A DNA stretch of 27,790 bases, taken from positions 1 through 27,790 of the IMG/VR virus record IMGVR_UViG_3300037631_003280. One strand, written 5' to 3'. Made by a program: the position numbers and the translations under genes. Position 1 is the first letter of the stretch. Each line of letters opens with the position of its first letter. Of this stretch, positions 23,439-27,790 are shown piece after piece. The DNA comes from a virus (lineage: Duplodnaviria > Caudoviricetes). A model generated the notes under the pieces. That model saw only the letters and a list, made by a program, of their open reading frames with translations. It ran no database searches and had not been told where the DNA came from.

Positions 23439-24335
23439 TTAGTGAGTCAGGATGACTACGTCAGCTTTGTTGTCGGAGCCACAGAAGTGACCTTGTGGAG
23501 TGCATTCACCACACAAGCCGGAACATACGAAGACACGCTTTAATCCCGCCTCTTTGGCGTATTCCCGTGCCTTCTGCCGATACTCTGTCGTGTTGTATTC
23601 GACCCCTCCTTTGGAGCCGATAGCTTTGAACCACCCTCTGGTGATCGGCAGGGCAAGAACACGTCTTGCAATCCCGCTATTCTCGTTGAACCTACTGCCA
23701 TTGGAGAGATTCAAACGGTAGTTTGTTGGCCACTCTCCAACATAGCTGGCAAGTTCTTCCCAGCTTTTGCTGTAGCCGTAGGCTTTCAAGATCGGCTTGT
23801 TACGAAGTAAGGACATCCATTTGTCCACCGTTTCGACAGAGTCGAAGTCACCATCAACGAAGAGTCGGAAGTCAATCTTCGATTGTGACTTGAACTGCTT
23901 TGTCTGTAAGACACGGTCAAGCTCTGCTTGGACAAGGTCAAACCGGAATCTCTGTAAGAGACTGTTCCTCAGTTGTCTGAAGAAAGGGTGGACATTTCTC
24001 CAGCCTTTCAGGCTATAGCAGAATTTCTTGCATTCGCCAGCACCGCCACAGTCAAGAAGTGGCATCGAAGACCAGCTCAGAAACGGTAGTTTCTTGTTGC
24101 CATTTGCAGCAAAGGCTTTGCCTTTCACGCCAATGGCGATCCCAGCTTCGTCACTAGTGACAAGGGAGTTCTGCCACAGGATGAAGTTTGCAAAGCAATT
24201 CTGCCAATGCTTACTGGCAGTCTTGATTTCTTGTGGCATAGCCACAGTCTTTCCTTCTTTGGTCGCTGCCAAGGCAGCTTTAGAGAAGGCTATCAGGGTT
24301 TTATGTTTAACGGTAGTTGTCATAGTTTCAGTCAT
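23439..24335 (-). CDS. GP88-like (radical-SAM-like, Cys-rich) phage protein
   Basis: GNKKL....S.....DCGGAGECKKFCYS, FRLFVDGDF, YGYSKS, LNLS and a C-terminal CSGLCGEC...C. Confidence 0.75.
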   Translation of the reverse strand: MTETMTTTVKHKTLIAFSKAALAATKEGKTVAMPQEIKTASKHWQNCFANFILWQNSLVTSDEAGIAIGVKGKAFAANGNKKLPFLSWSSMPLLDCGGAGECKKFCYSLKGWRNVHPFFRQLRNSLLQRFRFDLVQAELDRVLQTKQFKSQSKIDFRLFVDGDFDSVETVDKWMSLLRNKPILKAYGYSKSWEELASYVGEWPTNYRLNLSNGSRFNENSGIARRVLALPITRGWFKAIGSKGGVEYNTTEYRQKAREYAKEAGLKRVFVCSGLCGECTPQGHFCGSDNKADVVILTH

Positions 24336-24337
24336 TA

Positions 24338-24400
24338 TTCAGTTGTTAAAGGACGGCAAGACCTACTGCCACTCCCTTTAAAAGGGAGCAGCGTGGGCTG
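24338..24400 (-). repeat. Early-region intergenic repeat, copy C
   Basis: Same as copy B, with the palindrome CTCCCTTTAAAAGGGAG at 24372-24388. Confidence 0.95.
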
Positions 24401-24404
24401 TGGG

Positions 24405-24653
24405 TTAGTGTATCCACGGCAGGTGATCATCGTTGCAAGGATTCATCCTGACTGGCATCAGTCTGACTTCGTCAAGGCGACGAAGGATGTCTGAAGTTTG
24501 CACCGTAGGATCTTCGTAGAACTTCGAGCTTTGAAGGTAAGCTCTTAGCTCTGTAAGAGCTAGGTGAGCTTTATTTATTTCGAGCTTTAGCTCGGTGTTT
24601 TCTTGCGCCAATTCGGCTTTTGTTATTCCTGCAATTTGGATTGTTTTTGTCAT
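24405..24653 (-). CDS. Conserved small phage protein (82 aa)
   Basis: L.ELRAYL.S.KF..D.TV...DIL.RL pattern with an N-terminal coiled coil. Confidence 0.65.
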   Translation of the reverse strand: MTKTIQIAGITKAELAQENTELKLEINKAHLALTELRAYLQSSKFYEDPTVQTSDILRRLDEVRLMPVRMNPCNDDHLPWIH

Positions 24654-24687
24654 AACTTGTTATGGATTAGTGGTTCGGGATTCGGGG

Positions 24688-24942
24688 TTAAAGGTCAGGA
24701 TAGACCTCTGGATCAGGAGCACTCATGTCCTCATCCTTGAAATCGAAGATAGCCTCTCCGATATCCTCGAGTCCGACGAGGAAATTACTCATCTCCCACT
24801 CAGTCATATAGCCTGATGGCTTCATGAGTCCTTGGGCGGATCTATCGAGGTGTGCTTCTAGCAAGCTATGCGCTCGTGCCTTAATGTTTTCCAGTGTCTT
24901 CATTCCGACGAGGGTATTATTTTTTTTAGCAGTTGCTTTCAT
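24688..24942 (-). CDS. Hypothetical protein (84 aa), first gene of the leftward array
   Basis: ATG lies 8 nt downstream of the AAAGGACGG box of repeat copy D. Acidic C-terminus. Confidence 0.65.
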   Translation of the reverse strand: MKATAKKNNTLVGMKTLENIKARAHSLLEAHLDRSAQGLMKPSGYMTEWEMSNFLVGLEDIGEAIFDFKDEDMSAPDPEVYPDL

Positions 24943-24948
24943 CGATCT

Positions 24949-24993
24949 TTAAAGGACGGCAAGACCATCAGCCACTCCCTTTTAAAGGGAGCA
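24949..24993 (-). repeat. Early-region intergenic repeat, copy D
   Basis: TTAAAGGACGGCAAGACCATCAGCCA-CTCCCTTTTAAAGGGAG-CA, with the palindrome at 24975-24991. Confidence 0.9.
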
Positions 24994-25062
24994 TGTGCGC
25001 GCCATTATGTGTGCGTGAGTGGGATTGAAGCGGGGTTCTCCCTTTAGGGAGTTTCTCCGAAA

Positions 25063-25193
25063 CTTGATCCCTGAACCCCGATTCCCGAACCGTGCGTCAT
25101 GATGCGTGAAGCATGGTGCATGGTGCGTGGTTCGCTATACACGCCACGGGTGGGGGGCTGGTTCTCGCGCGCGTGCGCGCCTATACATATATG
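25063..25193. repeat. Degenerate 7-bp repeat arrays, G-run and alternating purine-pyrimidine tract (candidate terminus, pac or ori region)
   Basis: CTTGATC CCTGAAC CCCGATT CCCGAAC, then TGCGTCA TGATGCG TGAAGCA TGGTGCA TGGTGCG TGGTTCG. Also GGGTGGGGGG (25148-25157) and CGCGCGCGTGCGCGC (25166-25180). Sits at the strand-divergence point. Confidence 0.55.
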
Positions 25194-25207
25194 AGTTTAG
25201 AAAAAAA

Positions 25208-25235
25208 TTGACGAGGGTCTGTCTTTAGGTAGGGT
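25208..25235 (+). promoter_or_regulatory. Putative sigma70-type promoter (leaderless)
   Basis: A7 tract, TTGACG, 16 bp, TAGGGT, 5 nt, then ATG (25241). Confidence 0.45.
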
Positions 25236-25240
25236 TGGGC

Positions 25241-25501
25241 ATGGCGAATTACGACCCTAAAAAGAAAAAGGAATACTATTTGAGGAATCGGGATAAGAGG
25301 CTCGACTACCAAAATGAGTATTACCGGAGGACGAAATACAGCTACGCTCGAAAGTTGGAGGTGGCCAAAGTCCTTGAACCGGAGGAGTACGAGGCATTCA
25401 AAAAACGTGTAAGTAATTACAACAAAGAGTATTACCGCAAAAACAAGGCTAAAATCATGCAGAAAAGACGTGCTAGAAAAGCGGCACTCAAACCCCAATA
25501 A
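25241..25501 (+). CDS. Small basic Lys/Arg/Tyr-rich protein
   Basis: Repeated KEYY..N...I/L helical motifs. ATG at 25241. Its stop codon overlaps palindrome copy 2. Confidence 0.7.
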   Translation: MANYDPKKKKEYYLRNRDKRLDYQNEYYRRTKYSYARKLEVAKVLEPEEYEAFKKRVSNYNKEYYRKNKAKIMQKRRARKAALKPQ

Positions 25502-25577
25502 AAAACTTTTCTTCTGGACGTTTAGTACCCCTTTATATATAAAGGAGTACTAAGAGCCTCAGAGAAAAGTTTTTTTT
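25500..25577. repeat. ~80-bp quasi-palindromic element, copy 2
   Basis: A6-CTTTTCTTCTGGACGTTTAGTACCCCTTTATATATAAAGGAGTACTAAGAGCCTCAGAGAAAAG-T8. Confidence 0.95.
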
Positions 25578-25617
25578 GCCGATATGCAGTGCTGGAAAAG
25601 CAGCACCTAAAACCAGG

Positions 25618-25696
25618 AAAAAAACTTTTCTTCTGGACGTTTAGTACCCCTTTATATATAAAGGAGTACTAAGAGCCTCAGAGAAAAGTTTTTTTT
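25618..25696. repeat. ~80-bp quasi-palindromic element, copy 3
   Basis: Direct repeat identical to copy 2 (period 119 bp). The 40-bp spacer contains a GTGCTG-N6-CAGCAC mini-hairpin. Confidence 0.95.
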
Positions 25697-25708
25697 ACCA
25701 CTTTCGAC

Positions 25709-26149
25709 ATGACCGAACACATAATACCCGAAAATTGGATACCCATTGAAGGAGCGTCTCATTACGCCCTGACTGATGACGACTACGTATACAACCTGAA
25801 AACCGATAAGAAGCTAAAGCGGTATTGGAGCAACCTTAAACACCACTCTTACGTTACTGACGACGAGGGCGCATACAGGCTGGTAAACCACGACAACCCG
25901 TCTGTAGCCCGACACGGTCTACCAGACGAGGAGTTCGTAGTGGTGTCCGACTACCCCGATTACAAGGTAACGCCTTACGGAGCCGTCTGGAAGTTCCAGA
26001 AGACTGGGAATCGCCATCGAGGAAACCCCTTCTTAGTGCATACTAAGGACTTCGGTAAGAAAGAATACGTTCGACTCAAGACGGAAGATGGTCGCGCCCA
26101 TTGGGTGCGTATGGAGAAGATTATGGAGGAGGCTTACCCCAATGATTGA
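25709..26149 (+). CDS. Tandem NUMOD4-like protein lacking an evident nuclease domain
   Basis: Two copies of the NUMOD4-like pattern (ENWIPIEGASHYALTDDDYVYN and EEFVVVSDYPDYKVTPYGAVW...YVRL). No HNH motif follows. Confidence 0.55.
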   Translation: MTEHIIPENWIPIEGASHYALTDDDYVYNLKTDKKLKRYWSNLKHHSYVTDDEGAYRLVNHDNPSVARHGLPDEEFVVVSDYPDYKVTPYGAVWKFQKTGNRHRGNPFLVHTKDFGKKEYVRLKTEDGRAHWVRMEKIMEEAYPND

Positions 26150-26173
26150 CATTACGCGCCAAACCAATATACT
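26146..26173 (+). promoter_or_regulatory. sigma70-type promoter upstream of the portal gene
   Basis: TTGACA (26146-26151), 16 bp, TATACT (26168-26173), 8 nt, then ATG (26182). Confidence 0.65.
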
Positions 26174-26181
26174 CGCCAAGT

Positions 26182-27790
26182 ATGTCAAACTTAATTGACT
26201 TAGACGGCCTCGACTTAGGGAGCCTCGACGAAAAAGGTAAGCCAGTCGAAACACGTCTCAAGGATGTAAAAGCCGCTGTAGGTATTTTTGCAACCTTGCT
26301 CCGCGCCGATGAGAAGTCTGCCGTGAACCGCTCTCGGATCGACAGTATGTTCGATGGTGTTGCGCCTTACAGCCAATCACAGTTAGCGTCCAGTGGTCAG
26401 GGACTCAAGACCAACCTGAACTTCGGAGAGGCGCAGCGTTTGCTGGATATCTCCCTTTCGGCCTACGTTGACCTCTACAGCTCTCTGGAGCGTCTTGTGG
26501 AGGTCAAAGCCACGACAGGCGAGCGGAGTGAAGTGGGGCCAAAAGAGGAGATCGTAGCGCAAGAGCTGACGGATCTCTTCCGACGCTGGCCGGAGTTCCA
26601 CAGCAGCTACCTTCGCCTCTGCACACAGTTTATTAAACACGGCGTCGGCGTCGCCTACTTTGACTCACCAGAAGACTGGAAGTTCCGCGTCGGCGGTTTC
26701 GCTGACATTCTTATTCCGAGACAGTCGCAGGCGTCCGAGAACGCAATCGACATCGCCGTAGGACGCCGCCAGTATCAGCTACACGAACTCTACCACTTTA
26801 TTAAGAACGAGAAGGCCGCTAAGGCGGTCGGCTGGAACGTCGAAGAGGTCAAGCGGGTCATGATGGAGAACGTCAAGACCTCTGGCCGCGCCTACACGTC
26901 CGGCAACACCTATTCTGACTACGAGGCATTACAGGCAGAGATCAAGAACAACGACCTCTACACTGGCATCCAGAACCCTACCGTTGACGTGCTGCATTAC
27001 TGGGTGCGCGAGATCGACGGAAGTGTGAGTCATTACATATCCGCTGAGTCCAGTCCTAAAGATTTCCTCTACAAGAAGGTCAGTCGCTACGATTCGCCCG
27101 AACAGGCGTATATCTTCTTCACTTATGGAGTAGGTAGTAACGGCACTTATCATTCGATCAGAGGACTCGGCCAGCGGATCTTCTCCCACATCCAGACTAG
27201 TAACAGGCTCCGTTGTCAGCAGATCGACGGCGCGATGTTGGCGTCGGCGGTGATGATCCAGCCGGAGAACCAACGCTCGCTAGACGAACTCAGCTTCACC
27301 TTCTACGGAGCGTACGCCGTGATGTCACCTAACGTGAAGATCGTCGAGAAGGCTATCCCGAACTTAGGAACCGCAGTCCAGCCAGCATTGCAGGATCTCA
27401 CTCAGCAGTTGAACCTCAACACTGATACGATGTCTCCGTATGGCCCGAACCAGACTTCGCCATACAAGAACCAGATGCAGGTGGTAGCGGACATGGATGT
27501 CGCTACAAGGATTAGTGGTTCAACGCTAAACCTATTCTACTCAAGTTGGACTCGCCTGATGCGCGAGATGGTCCGCCGTATTGTTCAGGTCAAGCGACCT
27601 GACGCGGCGATTAAAGATTTCTTCGACCGCTGTGAGAAGCGGGGCGTTGAAAAAGAATTCATCCAAAAATTAGATGTCGCACAGACCAAAGCAGTTCGTT
27701 CCATTGGTAATGGATCGCACGCAAACAGACTCGTCTCGCTTCGCGAGCTTCAAGGCATTAGTGGCCAATTCGACGACGTTGGTCGCCGCA
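26182..27790 (+). CDS. Putative portal protein (truncated by window end)
   Basis: Absent from the ORF track because it has no stop in the window. Translation begins MSNLIDLDGLDLGSLDEKGKPVETRLKDVKAAVGIFATLLRADEKSAVNRSRIDSMFDGVAPY...NLNFGEA...FIKHGVGVAYF...GNGTYHSIRGLG. It is longer than 530 aa, with a portal-like helical N-terminus and a G.G..y strand. Confidence 0.75.
   Translation, partial: MSNLIDLDGLDLGSLDEKGKPVETRLKDVKAAVGIFATLLRADEKSAVNRSRIDSMFDGVAPYSQSQLASSGQGLKTNLNFGEAQRLLDISLSAYVDLYSSLERLVEVKATTGERSEVGPKEEIVAQELTDLFRRWPEFHSSYLRLCTQFIKHGVGVAYFDSPEDWKFRVGGFADILIPRQSQASENAIDIAVGRRQYQLHELYHFIKNEKAAKAVGWNVEEVKRVMMENVKTSGRAYTSGNTYSDYEALQAEIKNNDLYTGIQNPTVDVLHYWVREIDGSVSHYISAESSPKDFLYKKVSRYDSPEQAYIFFTYGVGSNGTYHSIRGLGQRIFSHIQTSNRLRCQQIDGAMLASAVMIQPENQRSLDELSFTFYGAYAVMSPNVKIVEKAIPNLGTAVQPALQDLTQQLNLNTDTMSPYGPNQTSPYKNQMQVVADMDVATRISGSTLNLFYSSWTRLMREMVRRIVQVKRPDAAIKDFFDRCEKRGVEKEFIQKLDVAQTKAVRSIGNGSHANRLVSLRELQGISGQFDDVGRR

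Noticed and set aside
21776-24993. Early-region repeats as sigma54 promoters (TGGC...TTGC)
   Set aside because: GG-to-GC spacing is 11 nt rather than the strict 10, and copy A has TTAC instead of TTGC.
21776-24993. Integron attC array
   Set aside because: No RYYYAAC/GTTRRRY core ends framing the hairpins, and no tyrosine recombinase in the window.
24994-25035. sigma70 promoter for the leftward array (minus-strand CATAAT near 25003-25008)
   Set aside because: No credible -35 box at 16-18 bp spacing, so support is insufficient.
25500-25696. Mini CRISPR array
   Set aside because: The repeats are 78 bp, far longer than CRISPR repeats. There are only two units and no cas genes.
26383-27273. Minus-strand ORFs at 26383-26640 and 26929-27273
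   Set aside because: They are antisense to the long portal frame, which the ORF track missed because it runs off the window.
1-27790. Stop-codon recoding, tRNA genes, introns/inteins, or a diversity-generating retroelement
   Set aside because: Genes tile densely under the standard code. No cloverleaf, intein motif, reverse transcriptase or adenine-specific TR/VR pair was noticed by eye; dedicated scans were not run.

Overview
A 27.8-kb segment of a tailed dsDNA phage genome, probably podovirus-like because it carries three putative ejection-protein genes. No host genes are visible. (i) 1-3405: a leftward DNA-metabolism operon encoding a DnaA domain-IV-like HTH protein, an SF2 helicase, a RuvC-like resolvase, a DUF1599-like protein and an HTH protein (possible TerS). 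(ii) 3416-19045: rightward terminase large subunit, a basic protein, two putative internal virion proteins and a 3753-aa polyvalent protein. The large protein has two zincin-like EExxH domains and a GNAT-like module. (iii) 19049-24942: a leftward array of small early-type genes (HNH, DUF932, DUF6717-like, C39-like, ASCH, GP88-like). It is punctuated by four copies of a fixed-geometry repeat with a 17-bp palindrome and by other hairpins. (iv) 24943-25240: a divergent non-coding region with heptamer arrays, possibly the genome end or origin. (v) 25241-end: rightward genes ending in a portal gene truncated by the window edge. Three copies of a ~80-bp quasi-palindrome bracket the 20-kb block that separates terL from the portal. 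Several genes appear to be leaderless and Shine-Dalgarno motifs are not evident. All family assignments come from recognising motifs by eye, not from database searches.
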